From Fibrobacterales bacterium (GTDB lineage Bacteria > Fibrobacterota > Fibrobacteria > Fibrobacterales > JAOPTW01): a stretch of 64,000 bases of DNA. The notes under the pieces were generated by a model that was not told the DNA's origin, searched no databases, and saw only the letters and a list, made by a program, of their open reading frames with translations. A program made the position numbers and the translations under genes. The stretch spans positions 1 to 64,000 of the forward strand of contig JAOPTX010000057.1 in NCBI GenBank assembly GCA_051532055.1, given 5' to 3'. Position 1 is the first letter of the stretch, and every line of letters begins with the position of its first letter. This document shows, piece after piece, positions 19,072-29,336 of the stretch.

Positions 19072-19293
19072 TCAAAAATCATTGTCGCTGATCACTTTCA
19101 GACAATAGTTTTCCATAAGTATATGAAAGCCACTGCAAACTCCCGAGATGTTGGTGCCCCCATTCTGGATCTTTACTGCAGAGAGGGTAGGCTTCCGAAA
19201 CTCTTTAATGAGACTAATCTCACCACATTCAACGTATGCATCAAATTCAGTCTTCTTGAGCCCAATAAGTTTTGTCAGTTTCTTATCCATCAA
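19072..19293 (-). pseudogene. Truncated, internally deleted copy of the 5' end of the 14183-15670 gene
   Basis: MMDKKLTKLIGLKKTEFDAYVECGEI...LIKEFRK.LSAVK.Q.GGT; nucleotide near-identity to 15595-15671 and 15449-15507. Confidence 0.88.
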
Positions 19294-19551
19294 TTATACT
19301 GGCGGACATTTTGACCTGAGACAAGGGGAGGGGAAGCCCTTGATACGTTGTTGGAGAATATGGGGGAGGGGTGTAGGAGTGACTTTTGGTCTGGAAAGTA
19401 TTCTGTTGGTGTTTTCAGCCTTAATGCTGAATGAGGCACATAATTATTTTACTCCTCTACCCATTTTGCCATAATTATATTGCCAATGTAGTGTAATGCT
19501 CCAAACGATTAATGTATTTTTTACATCACTCTATTTACTGCTTGGGCAAAT

Positions 19552-22380
19552 ATGATTTTTAATGTAATGATTTTATTGTGTTTTCTAGTATTACCTGCGT
19601 TTGCGCTAAACGGTACTCTCAATGGAGACGGTACTGTTGATTCCCCCTGGCTTGTAGATGATTATTCTGACCTTAAAATGGTTGGAGACGATAAATCAGG
19701 ATACCTATACTCTGATCATTATCGATTAACAGCCAACATTAACGCATCACTTTCAAAATCTGAGAACAATGGAGAAGGATTTGTACCTATTCCACGTATT
19801 TCGGTTTTCACTGGTAGTTTACATGGGGCAGGTCATGTTATATATGGCCTGTATATTAATCGACCCCTAATAGATGGCGGCGCTCTCATTCGTCGATCAC
19901 GTGGGGCTGTGATCGATAGTTTAGGGGTGATAGGTGACGTTACAGGCATGTCAGACATTGGGATGATCGTAGGTTTTGCAGAAGAAACAACGATCACTCA
20001 CAGCTACAGTTCTGGTGTTGTTACTGGAAGAAATAAGGTTGGAGGTATGGTTGGAAAATCAGATAGCTTAACGTTAATAGATAGTTATTCTACTGCAATG
20101 GTTTGGGGAGGTACAAGAGTAGGCGGACTTGTAGGGGATTTTCCCCATGGTACTATGAGACAGTGTTATTATAGTGGGATTATTTCTTATGGAACCCACG
20201 GTGGCCCGGCAGTGGCCAGTATGGGGGCACTTGTGGGGTATCAATTCTCTTCAGAAGTGACAGCAAGTCATTGGTATGGAGATATTGTAGGGGTGCGGCC
20301 TTTTTCTAATACATTTGAGGAAATGTGTAGCCTCACTACATATGTGGGTTGGGATTTTGATACTATATGGGAATTACAACCAGAAAGTTTTCCGACATTA
20401 AGAGGAGTAACTACGGCACCAATGGGGGCTCCTGATACAGTGTCAATGCTCTCTGAACCAATTACTCTCACACCATTTTTGGATAATGACCTTTATTTAC
20501 AAGGGGGCTCTATTGTCGCAAAACAAACAGGGTACTCTCATATGAATCGTCTGCGCGATTCTCTATACGTCCACTATAAACCTGGAATAGTAATTCAGCC
20601 AAATGATACGCTTTGGGGTGGGATAACGTATGTAGTAGCCCCTTACAGTGATACTATCTCTATAGACTCATATGATGATCTAAAATTAATCGGGAACAAT
20701 TGGCAGTATCCTTTGGGGGGAGTCTATCGTTTAACTACTCATATTGACGCATCTCCTTCAAAGAATGAAAATGATGGAAAGGGCTTCACACCTATAGGGA
20801 GCCTTGCTCAAAGATTTACGGGTGATTTTAATGGCGCTGGTTATACTATAAGTGGATTATTTATACATTCTAATGAATTTGAAATTGGCCTTTTTGGGAG
20901 CACCTTAGATGCAATAATCGATAGTGTAACCATAAGTGGTGATATTACTGGATATTCGCATGTAGGGTCACTGGTAGGTATGGCTGAATTTACTCAAATA
21001 TTTCAATGCCATAGCAGAGGTTCAGTCACGGGTGAAAGCAGAACTGGCGGGCTTATTGGCGAATTAAGGGATGCCAATTTAAAATATAGTTCTCATAGTG
21101 GTACAGTATCCGGAAAAGATAATGTCGGAGGTTTGGTTGGCTATAACGTCGATTGGTCTCAAGTTGCACCCATTATAGAATATTGCTACAGTAGTGGTTC
21201 TGTATCGGGCGAAAATTATGTGGGTGGTCTTGTGGGAAGGGGCTCAAATATTGAAAAAAGCTATAGTAGCTGTGCTGTAAGTGGAGAAATATCGGTTGGT
21301 GGTCTTGTTGGAGAGGGTTCAAATATTGATTATACTTATAGTGTCGGACCTGTTTCGGGTAAAGAAAATGTAGGCGGACTTGTAGGGTATTCACCTCATT
21401 CAATTACTCACAGTTACAGTAGCAGTATTGTCAAAGGCGATTCGAACGTAGGGGGAGTCGTTGGCAGGGGAGCATTTCAAGGTGTTGGTGGTTCTTACTG
21501 GAATAAGGGTGCGGTAAAAAATCCAACGAATGATTTTGGTATAGGGTTAACATCCGATGAAATGAAATTAATGAGTTCATTTGAACCAAACTTTCAGTTT
21601 GGGTTTAGAGAGTGGGTAATACATGATAGTGTGAGTTACCCAGGAATAAGAGGGATAAATAATACACCTGTGGTGTCGAAGATACAGCCTCAGCAAATAA
21701 AAGAGGGCGGGAGCCTTACGGTGTTAGTATCAATGACAGACGCAAGTGATGCTGATAATAATGCGAACATGAATTCTATGGATTCTCTTATTGCTAACAA
21801 TTATGATGGTGGCAATCGGCAACAACTTTCAATAGTTGTTGGTGCAGGTAATAATTATACGAGTCAAGGCTCAACAATTCACTCTGATGCAGGTTTTATT
21901 GGTGAATTATTGGTTCCAATACAGGTGTTTGATGGGGGTATTACTAGCCACGTCGTAATAATGACTGTTACAGTGGTAGATAAAGCTCCAGAAAGCGTAT
22001 CGAGTGGTGAAGAGGGGTCAAGTAGTGCCTATTCAGCAATACAATACTCGAGTGATATACATTCTTTTCAATCAAGTTCCTCTCACTCAAATATAAATGA
22101 CACTACTCCAGATGTTTTGAACTACTCAAGTAGTTTCTTGACTACCGATTCATTGGAAATTGCCGGGATAAATGGTTATACATCAGAAAAAAGAGATCGT
22201 ATATTTCTAATAAATAACAAAAGCCGTGCGACTGACTTTATTAGTGGACCAGTAGGTGAAAGTAGGTTTACGTTATATTCTGTACATGGATCAGTAGTTA
22301 AAGAAGGGTGGATTACACAAGATTATTTGGTTGATTTTAGTAGCCTTAAAGAAGGAGTGTATGTTATTCGCTTTTGGTAA
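19552..22380 (+). CDS. Secreted GLUG-repeat protein with T9SS-like C-terminal tail
   Basis: GDGTVDSPW start, many VGGLVG repeats in two blocks, Ser-rich linker, tail FTLYSVHGSVV...SLKEGVYVIRF. Confidence 0.85.
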   Translation: MIFNVMILLCFLVLPAFALNGTLNGDGTVDSPWLVDDYSDLKMVGDDKSGYLYSDHYRLTANINASLSKSENNGEGFVPIPRISVFTGSLHGAGHVIYGLYINRPLIDGGALIRRSRGAVIDSLGVIGDVTGMSDIGMIVGFAEETTITHSYSSGVVTGRNKVGGMVGKSDSLTLIDSYSTAMVWGGTRVGGLVGDFPHGTMRQCYYSGIISYGTHGGPAVASMGALVGYQFSSEVTASHWYGDIVGVRPFSNTFEEMCSLTTYVGWDFDTIWELQPESFPTLRGVTTAPMGAPDTVSMLSEPITLTPFLDNDLYLQGGSIVAKQTGYSHMNRLRDSLYVHYKPGIVIQPNDTLWGGITYVVAPYSDTISIDSYDDLKLIGNNWQYPLGGVYRLTTHIDASPSKNENDGKGFTPIGSLAQRFTGDFNGAGYTISGLFIHSNEFEIGLFGSTLDAIIDSVTISGDITGYSHVGSLVGMAEFTQIFQCHSRGSVTGESRTGGLIGELRDANLKYSSHSGTVSGKDNVGGLVGYNVDWSQVAPIIEYCYSSGSVSGENYVGGLVGRGSNIEKSYSSCAVSGEISVGGLVGEGSNIDYTYSVGPVSGKENVGGLVGYSPHSITHSYSSSIVKGDSNVGGVVGRGAFQGVGGSYWNKGAVKNPTNDFGIGLTSDEMKLMSSFEPNFQFGFREWVIHDSVSYPGIRGINNTPVVSKIQPQQIKEGGSLTVLVSMTDASDADNNANMNSMDSLIANNYDGGNRQQLSIVVGAGNNYTSQGSTIHSDAGFIGELLVPIQVFDGGITSHVVIMTVTVVDKAPESVSSGEEGSSSAYSAIQYSSDIHSFQSSSSHSNINDTTPDVLNYSSSFLTTDSLEIAGINGYTSEKRDRIFLINNKSRATDFISGPVGESRFTLYSVHGSVVKEGWITQDYLVDFSSLKEGVYVIRFW

Positions 22381-22497
22381 TATCATAGTAAATCAATACA
22401 CATAATTAAAAAGATAAGTGCACTTGTAACCCTCCCGACAACCTGTAGCTGCTATTATAGTTAGCTATCAATCATGCCAGCCAGATGGTAAATGTAG

Positions 22498-22541
22498 CAC
22501 TTATTGAGATGTGTGTAAATAGCCCCAACGTACTAGTCTCT
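22498..22541. repeat. 44-bp direct repeat C copy 2
   Basis: cacttattgagatgtgtgtaaatagccccaacgtactagtctct. Confidence 0.85.
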
Positions 22542-22796
22542 AGCCAGTGTCGCACTCAATGCAACTAGCTGAATTCAGGGAGTTACTCTCTTTAACATCC
22601 CTAAAAAAATTAACCCTGTAACGCTCCCCCATAATACAGTAGGCTGAACCGGGCATACATCAAAGGAGAGGGAGCGATGCATGGAATTGAAATTGCTATA
22701 CCCTCACAAAGTGTGAGGACTAAATAGCTTCAATTCGTTTTACACAATAACAAAGTTTGATTAAATAATATATTCAAGACACGCAAATACTATATA

Positions 22797-24038
22797 ATGA
22801 GATACCCTATGAATAGTACCTGTATTACATTGATTTTATCACTACTTGTGCTCCTTCTTTCTGGCTGTGACCTTGGTATCGTCGACAAAAAACAAAGTAG
22901 ATCTGAACTCATTGATGAGGCTGCCTCTTCAGAAAAGAGTACCCTCTCTTCCTATTCATCCTCTGTCAACACCAGCTCTGAAACAATCTCTACCCATCTA
23001 TCTTCGGATCAAAAGAATCACACTACTCCTGTGACGAGCTCATATTCTCTGCATACGTCATCATACACCACCGCCAGAGTAAATCACCAGGGCATATCAT
23101 CATCCAACAGTCATCAAGCTCCCACAAGTGATCCGTATATAAATCCTAATAGTGATACTATTATTGAAATTTGTAATGATGGAATTGATAATGATATGGA
23201 TAGAAAAATAGACTGTGAGGACCCCGATTGTTGGCCCATAGAAGGCGCTCAATGTGGTGAGTTCACTGAAGCCCTCAGCGAAGCCTTATGCAGGGATGGA
23301 CTCGATAATGACGAAGACGGTAAAATTGATTGTTATGATCCCGATTGTTTACTCTATGATGAACTCTGTCCAAGCCGCCTACGAACAGACATTGATGTTG
23401 TTGCAGAATGCGATGATACAACCTTTACATTTATGCGATTTGAAAAATTTACTATGACCGTCTACGATCACAACGCTAATACTGATTTTGGTGTTGGTGG
23501 TGGCAAAGACTCCCTGAGACAAGGAATGGTTACAGATAGACTTGTTGATGGTAGGCCGGTATTTAAAGAGAACCTCTTTAATAATACGCATATAGCCGAA
23601 TGGTGGTCAGAGAGCTATGCGATATCTTCAACGGATGTAGTGCTCCCTTTTGCTAAGATGGGACCTTCAACCTTTTTGTATAATGACCCTGACTTCTTTC
23701 CTTTAGATGGGTATGATGCTCAGGAAGGTGATGATGGACTCAACTACTACTTTGCCGGTCACTTACAATGGAAGTTTGTCTATGATGGCCATCTCGACCA
23801 ATTCTTTAGCTTTAGTGGAAATGATGATATTTTTGTCTATCTAAATGGTAACCTTGTTCTTGATATTGGTGGTGTCCACACTCCAATAGAAGGCAATTTC
23901 ACCTTTGATGTAGAACTCGATAGACTTGGTATCGGTGTCGGTGAAGCCGTTACTCTTGACCTTTTTATGGCCAATAGACAGAAATCAGGATCACAGCAGG
24001 CAATTGAAATTACTAAACCCTGTTTTTTTAGAGATTAA
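22797..24038 (+). CDS. Fibro-slime (PA14-type) domain lipoprotein
   Basis: Lipobox LLSGC, Ser-rich linker, two CxDGxDND.D..IDC.DPDC motifs, [30 protein letters not shown]. Confidence 0.88.
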   Translation: MRYPMNSTCITLILSLLVLLLSGCDLGIVDKKQSRSELIDEAASSEKSTLSSYSSSVNTSSETISTHLSSDQKNHTTPVTSSYSLHTSSYTTARVNHQGISSSNSHQAPTSDPYINPNSDTIIEICNDGIDNDMDRKIDCEDPDCWPIEGAQCGEFTEALSEALCRDGLDNDEDGKIDCYDPDCLLYDELCPSRLRTDIDVVAECDDTTFTFMRFEKFTMTVYDHNANTDFGVGGGKDSLRQGMVTDRLVDGRPVFKENLFNNTHIAEWWSESYAISSTDVVLPFAKMGPSTFLYNDPDFFPLDGYDAQEGDDGLNYYFAGHLQWKFVYDGHLDQFFSFSGNDDIFVYLNGNLVLDIGGVHTPIEGNFTFDVELDRLGIGVGEAVTLDLFMANRQKSGSQQAIEITKPCFFRD

Positions 24039-24083
24039 TTTTTGATGCATTCTTTTAAAATCATCTAAAACACACCAGTAAAC

Positions 24084-24115
24084 AAAAAAGTGGCCCACCT
24101 ATAAGGTGAGCCACT
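24084..24115 (-). terminator. Intrinsic terminator between convergent genes
   Basis: Minus strand agtggctcacct-tat-aggtgggccact followed by T6. Confidence 0.75.
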
Positions 24116-24148
24116 CTCTGTGATTTCAATTGAATAGTGCGAATAAGA

Positions 24149-24847
24149 CTATTCAGAAACACCTGAAGCAATGTTGATCCACTCATAGTGCATAGCTGTC
24201 ACTGGAGTCGATGCACCAAGACACACTACTACATAGTCTTGGTGTGAATAGTGACCAGTACGTGCAGCCATCATTTGACCAACGCGCTCTTCATTACACT
24301 CAGGAAGTGGACGTCCACCGTTAGTGTTGTCATAGCTTTCAAAGCGTATTGACTCTGCAGAAATGTGTGGTGCTCCGATTTCTTTGTATACTTCTACTTC
24401 GAAAAGTGAGAAACCGTAGGCTGTTGCTCTGTCAATAAGTACAATTTTCATGTAACTGTAATAACCGAAATCACTAACGATTTCATCAACGCCACCATTA
24501 GCATTCGCATCAACATATGCAGATGGAGTGCTCCAGTCATAGCCGTTGTATGAAAATTGAAGTTCGTAGTTGCTTGCGTGTGCAGCTTCCCATTTGAGTA
24601 CTACTTTTTGAATATCAACAGTTCCGCCAAAATCAATAACGAGCTCTTGATTGTTAAAAAATTCTGATGCCCAACGAGTACCTTGATCGCCATCAAGAAC
24701 GTTTGATGCTTCATAGAGGTATGATTCAGTTGATGATGCTGTTGCTGTAGCGTTGCCCGATACGAGTTCGTAGTATTGTGCTGATGCAAGTGAAGATACT
24801 ACTGTGGTAAGAAGCGCAACGCGCTTTAAGATATTTAATAATGTCAT
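24149..24847 (-). CDS. Secreted F5/8 type C (discoidin/CBM32) domain protein
   Basis: ATASSTE...ASNVLDGDQGTRWAS...IDFG...LKWEAAHASNYELQFS...YGFSLFEVEVY; start likely ATG 24847 (MTLLNILKR signal peptide). Confidence 0.85.
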   Translation of the reverse strand: MTLLNILKRVALLTTVVSSLASAQYYELVSGNATATASSTESYLYEASNVLDGDQGTRWASEFFNNQELVIDFGGTVDIQKVVLKWEAAHASNYELQFSYNGYDWSTPSAYVDANANGGVDEIVSDFGYYSYMKIVLIDRATAYGFSLFEVEVYKEIGAPHISAESIRFESYDNTNGGRPLPECNEERVGQMMAARTGHYSHQDYVVVCLGASTPVTAMHYEWINIASGVSE

Positions 24848-25304
24848 GTGTGTCCCTTTAAGATTATATTCAAAACGGTGTCCCAGTAACGTTTGTTTTG
24901 AACGAGGCAAAGGTATAAAAGAAATATTATCAGTCTACAGAAAATGACGAATGCTTGAGGTGTTTTAGAAAAAATAATTGTGCCTTTGTTGTTGGTTTTT
25001 AGAGTATGTGTTTTGTTGACACCCCATTGATAGTGATAGCGTCGTTGTGGTATCTCTTATTACATAGTGTCTAAATGGTTGTATTATTTGGCTGTGAATT
25101 ATTATCAGATAATTTGTTGAACTCAGAGATTTATAAAAGGTATTGAAGCATATACGAGCCGTGAAACTAATTATTTATTTGAAGTAGATGTTGGAGGATC
25201 GAGCAGAGTTGATATTATATTACAGAATTGATGACGAATCTGGACATTCAGTCTGATAGCAACTATTTTATTGGTATGGAACAGTTATATACCTCAGAGT
25301 AACA

Positions 25305-26333
25305 ATGAAATCAACCGCAGAAAAGTATTATGCATCGACCTTATTGACAGGGATTGTTTTAGAATATCTTAAGGGATGTGGGGTAATGGATGAAGCTATT
25401 GTAGAGGCCACCGGAAAACCATGTGCCTATTTTAGAGCTTCTGATGAGTACTTAACGGTTTATGAAGAAATGGGCTTGTGGGAAAAAGCATGTATTTTAA
25501 CAAATAATATTCATGCAGGTATTGATATTGGTTTGATGACTACCCCTGAAGGTCTTGGAGTAGTTGGATACTTGTGTCTTCAACGACCAACGGTTAAGGA
25601 TGCATTAGAAACGTATGCTCAGTATCATAAAATTCTACAAGAAGGGGTACGGCTCGATATTGTGACTGGTGGAATTGATGCCTTTTATCATAGTATCGAG
25701 ATTCCCCATTTTGAACCGCCACAATCAATAAACGAAATGGTGGTGGCAGCAACCTGGTCTATTATTGCGTCAGTAACATCGATACCAACGCAACTATTGG
25801 AAGTACATTTTATTAACGATCAACCTCATTCTACCGACAAGTTATTGAGTGTATTTGGCAAAAGTATTGTACTTAAATTTAATCAAAAGAGAAATGGTCT
25901 TTTGTACCAAGGAGGGTCTTTTAGTACCGCTTTGAAGAACCCGAATACTTCATTGGCGGATATTCTTCAACAGCATGCCCAAGTAACGTTACAGACTCGT
26001 TCACCAAAAGAGTTGTCGCTTACAGAAAAAATTGAGCAGTATATTATGGAAGAAATACACCAGAGTGATATAACCATAAGTTCGGTGGCTGGTAACCTAG
26101 GGATTGGCGTGCGTACATTACAGAGAGAACTTAAAGAAGAAGGGGTTGTTTTTAAACAGATTGTTGAAGACTCTCGAAAATCATTGGCTGAGGGGTATTT
26201 AAAAAAAGGTGATCTCTCTATTGCAGAGATTGCTTTCCTCCTGGGATTCAGTGAACCGGGCGTATTTACCCGGGCCTTTAAGCGATGGTTTCACTGTGCC
26301 CCAAAAGAGTATCGAAAAGAGTACTTACCTTAA
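25305..26333 (+). CDS. AraC family transcriptional regulator (OruR-type N-terminus)
   Basis: RTLQRELKEEG, SIAEIAFLLGFSEPGVFTRAFKRW. Confidence 0.93.
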   Translation: MKSTAEKYYASTLLTGIVLEYLKGCGVMDEAIVEATGKPCAYFRASDEYLTVYEEMGLWEKACILTNNIHAGIDIGLMTTPEGLGVVGYLCLQRPTVKDALETYAQYHKILQEGVRLDIVTGGIDAFYHSIEIPHFEPPQSINEMVVAATWSIIASVTSIPTQLLEVHFINDQPHSTDKLLSVFGKSIVLKFNQKRNGLLYQGGSFSTALKNPNTSLADILQQHAQVTLQTRSPKELSLTEKIEQYIMEEIHQSDITISSVAGNLGIGVRTLQRELKEEGVVFKQIVEDSRKSLAEGYLKKGDLSIAEIAFLLGFSEPGVFTRAFKRWFHCAPKEYRKEYLP

Positions 26334-26860
26334 AAGTGATACCCTAAGTGTATGGTAGGGAAGAGCGAAATAGAGGTGTAGTCATATTTGTTTTGTTGAA
26401 TGACCACCTCAGATCCCCAATTGTGATTATAATCAACACTGACCCATGGGGTGACAAAGAAGTGCCCCCATGACCAACGGTAGCCAACTCTCACTCCGCT
26501 CGATGTAATGATACGGTTTTTATTTTGAGACGCGTAACTAAATTCAACAGTGGCAATGGACCCTTGAATACCAGTAAAGAACCCGTCGAGTGCATTGCCA
26601 TACCAATCATATTTAAAACCGGCCCCTTTAAAATAGACGGTAAAATTTTTGTTATCAGAATCTTCAGGAAGTTCAAGACCAAATACACCAACATCAATTT
26701 TTGTCTCATCAAGGAGGTAGATTCCATGAAGAGAGTACCCTTTTAAAATGTATGCAAGGGGGTCAACTTCTATTTCGAATTGAGCGTGGCACGGTGATAG
26801 TAATACAAAAAATATGATTAATGTTGTTATCAGTGTAGTAGTGGTTCTTGATTGTTGCAT
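26330..26860 (-). CDS. Small outer-membrane beta-barrel-like protein
   Basis: Signal peptide, EVDPLAY, beta-strand pattern, C-terminal PTIHLGYHF. Confidence 0.7.
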   Translation of the reverse strand: MQQSRTTTTLITTLIIFFVLLSPCHAQFEIEVDPLAYILKGYSLHGIYLLDETKIDVGVFGLELPEDSDNKNFTVYFKGAGFKYDWYGNALDGFFTGIQGSIATVEFSYASQNKNRIITSSGVRVGYRWSWGHFFVTPWVSVDYNHNWGSEVVIQQNKYDYTSISLFPTIHLGYHF

Positions 26861-27115
26861 GGTCGTATCCTCATTAGGATTATAGTATGGTCTAAAGGTA
26901 TCTAATGGAGTATCAAGAATGAATGACGCTGGGTGTCAAAAAATTGACATTTGATGACAGGATTGCATATTATTTCTTTTCCACGTTTGTTCATTTTGAT
27001 AAGAGAATAATCTGATAGCAGAATAGTGTAAAAATTCAGCAGAGATCTGAAAGACCGATTCCCATACATTAGATATGTTGATCCTCATACAAAACAACAT
27101 TGAGGGATACGTTCC

Positions 27116-28066
27116 ATGAGTAATAAAAAGAGTACTAATCTTAAAGCCTACCGTGCGGCACCACTTTTGACAGCACTGGGGTTTACACTGGCATCACTCA
27201 TATTTGTATTTGTACTTGATATGCCAAAACCAGTTCCGGTGTTCATTATTTTTGCAGTTATTCAAATTATCGGTATGACACTTTTTGGTGTGCTTCCGGG
27301 CAGAGGAAAAAAAGTGGCGCGCCTCATCTCTATGTTTCTAGTTGGTCTCTTTATTATGGTACTCGCAGGGGTACTGGGTAAAAATAATTTTCAACTTGAA
27401 GGGTTTCTGTTTTACCTATTCTCAGGGACTATGGGAGGTGCGGTAGTGCATACCCTTATGGCTAAAATAATTGGTCCAATCTTTTTTAGTCGGAGCTGGT
27501 GTAGCTGGGGGTGTTGGACCGCAATGATTCTTGATCTGTTTCCGTACCAGAATGATACGAGTTGGAAAAAGGGCGCTGCTCCCAAAATGCGCTATTTACA
27601 TTTTGGAGCATCAGTGCTATTAGTAGCGATACTCTATTTTGGATTAAAATTTACCATACTGCATACTGACCCTGAGGCTCTTAAACAAGGGATGGGGACA
27701 TCCACTGAGTTACTCTGGTTTGTTGTGGGCAATGCACTCTATTTTCTTATTGGTATTTCTATGGCTATTGTAATGAAAGATAATCGAGCATTCTGTAAGT
27801 ACGTTTGCCCCTTAACGGTGTTTTTAAAAACAACAAATCGTATTACGCTATTGAGAATAAAAGGTGATCAGGGGACGTGTACCTCGTGTGATGACTGTAT
27901 TTCAACCTGCCCTATGAGTATTGATATTCCAAAATATATAACTGCCGGAGATCGGGTTACTTCTACCGAGTGTATTATGTGTATGCACTGTATTGATACC
28001 TGCTCTGAGTCAACACTCAAGGCATCGGTCGGTGTTGATTTTGCGCGGAAGGATTATCTACGCTGA
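27116..28066 (+). CDS. Membrane 4Fe-4S binding protein (NapH/MauN/YccM-like)
   Basis: TM helices, RSWCSWGC, FCKYVCP, CTSCDDCISTCP, CIMCMHCIDTC. Confidence 0.88.
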   Translation: MSNKKSTNLKAYRAAPLLTALGFTLASLIFVFVLDMPKPVPVFIIFAVIQIIGMTLFGVLPGRGKKVARLISMFLVGLFIMVLAGVLGKNNFQLEGFLFYLFSGTMGGAVVHTLMAKIIGPIFFSRSWCSWGCWTAMILDLFPYQNDTSWKKGAAPKMRYLHFGASVLLVAILYFGLKFTILHTDPEALKQGMGTSTELLWFVVGNALYFLIGISMAIVMKDNRAFCKYVCPLTVFLKTTNRITLLRIKGDQGTCTSCDDCISTCPMSIDIPKYITAGDRVTSTECIMCMHCIDTCSESTLKASVGVDFARKDYLR

Positions 28067-29023
28067 TTCATATTTTTTACGGAATTGAGACGGGGTAGCA
28101 CCTGCTCGTTCGGTAAAGCAGGTGGTGAAATAGGCAGATGACGAAAATCCACAATTATAGGCAACGTCAGTAATAGTGCAATCATGATGGAGCAGATATT
28201 TTTTAGCCTTCTGCACCCTGAGGTTGATCAAAAAATCTGCAGGAGTCTCACCAGTTTCATCTTTAAAGGTTCGTGAAAAATGAGAAGGCGAGAGGTTAAT
28301 GAATCGAGCCATTTCATTGACACTTATTTTATCTGCGAAATGTTCATTGAGGTGGTTGATCAAGCGATTAATCTCGATCTTACCACTTATCTTCTCATCG
28401 CTACTCGTGATTGTATGACAGTGCCGAATAAAAAGGTGGGTGATTTCGAGGGCGATGGATTGTAGAAGCGGTTCTTTGCCCGGGAGGTTTTCTTCATGCT
28501 CAACAATAAATCTTTTTAAGCCATTGAGCACCAGTTCATTATCACGAAAAAAATCACCTTCAAATTGTTGTGGCTCAATTTCGCTATAGAGCGCCAACTG
28601 CTTTTCGAAAAATTTTTTTGATATACAGACAGCCATGTAGCTGTGAAACTGGTCTTCAATAATTTCTTCATGGGGGATGTCGGGGGAGAAGGCACAAATG
28701 TTTGCTTTGTTACCAAACGGGGACCGTTTAAGAGTTTCAAAAACGCGAACATCACCCGAAGTACTGAAGTTATATATAAATGAGTAGCCAGGATGAGTGT
28801 GCTGCGGAGTGATAGCATAATCACAGTAATCAAGGTAGGGGATAAAAATCGCAAGATCATTGCTGAGGTACATCTCAACATTATTGCCAATTTTCTCGAT
28901 TGTACTATCGAGCATTGGGCCGACAAGGTTCCGGATTATTGCTCTGTTGTGTTCTGGTATCATTGGGGGTGCGTTGGAGTTACTATCGTTTATAAAAATA
29001 GAAAATGGATGGGATAGATGCAC
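28058..29023 (-). CDS. AraC family transcriptional regulator
   Basis: LSPSHFSRTFK, ITDVAYNCGFSSSAYFTTCF; start may be internal (MIPEHN). Confidence 0.92.
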   Translation of the reverse strand: MHLSHPFSIFINDSNSNAPPMIPEHNRAIIRNLVGPMLDSTIEKIGNNVEMYLSNDLAIFIPYLDYCDYAITPQHTHPGYSFIYNFSTSGDVRVFETLKRSPFGNKANICAFSPDIPHEEIIEDQFHSYMAVCISKKFFEKQLALYSEIEPQQFEGDFFRDNELVLNGLKRFIVEHEENLPGKEPLLQSIALEITHLFIRHCHTITSSDEKISGKIEINRLINHLNEHFADKISVNEMARFINLSPSHFSRTFKDETGETPADFLINLRVQKAKKYLLHHDCTITDVAYNCGFSSSAYFTTCFTERAGATPSQFRKKYESA

Positions 29024-29336
29024 CTAAATAGTGGTTCAAGAAATGCATTCCTGAGTTATGAACTGAAAGAGTGTTAGAGAGTCGCTCCTGAGGTTTGCAT
29101 TAATCATTCAGTGTTTTCCAATTGAAAACAGTTTAGAACCCTCCTTATAAGAATGTACCGGTATGGGAGTACGTTCTTTCCTATTCTTTATAGAGTGTAA
29201 CACTATAAGAACAATAAATCAGAATCCTGCTTCGTTAATTACTCATCAAAAGGGCAGCTTCAACTCTTATTAGTTATTATATAGTATGATTATATTTTAA
29301 ACAAATCTTAAGCAAATCTTAAACGAGGGGTTATTT

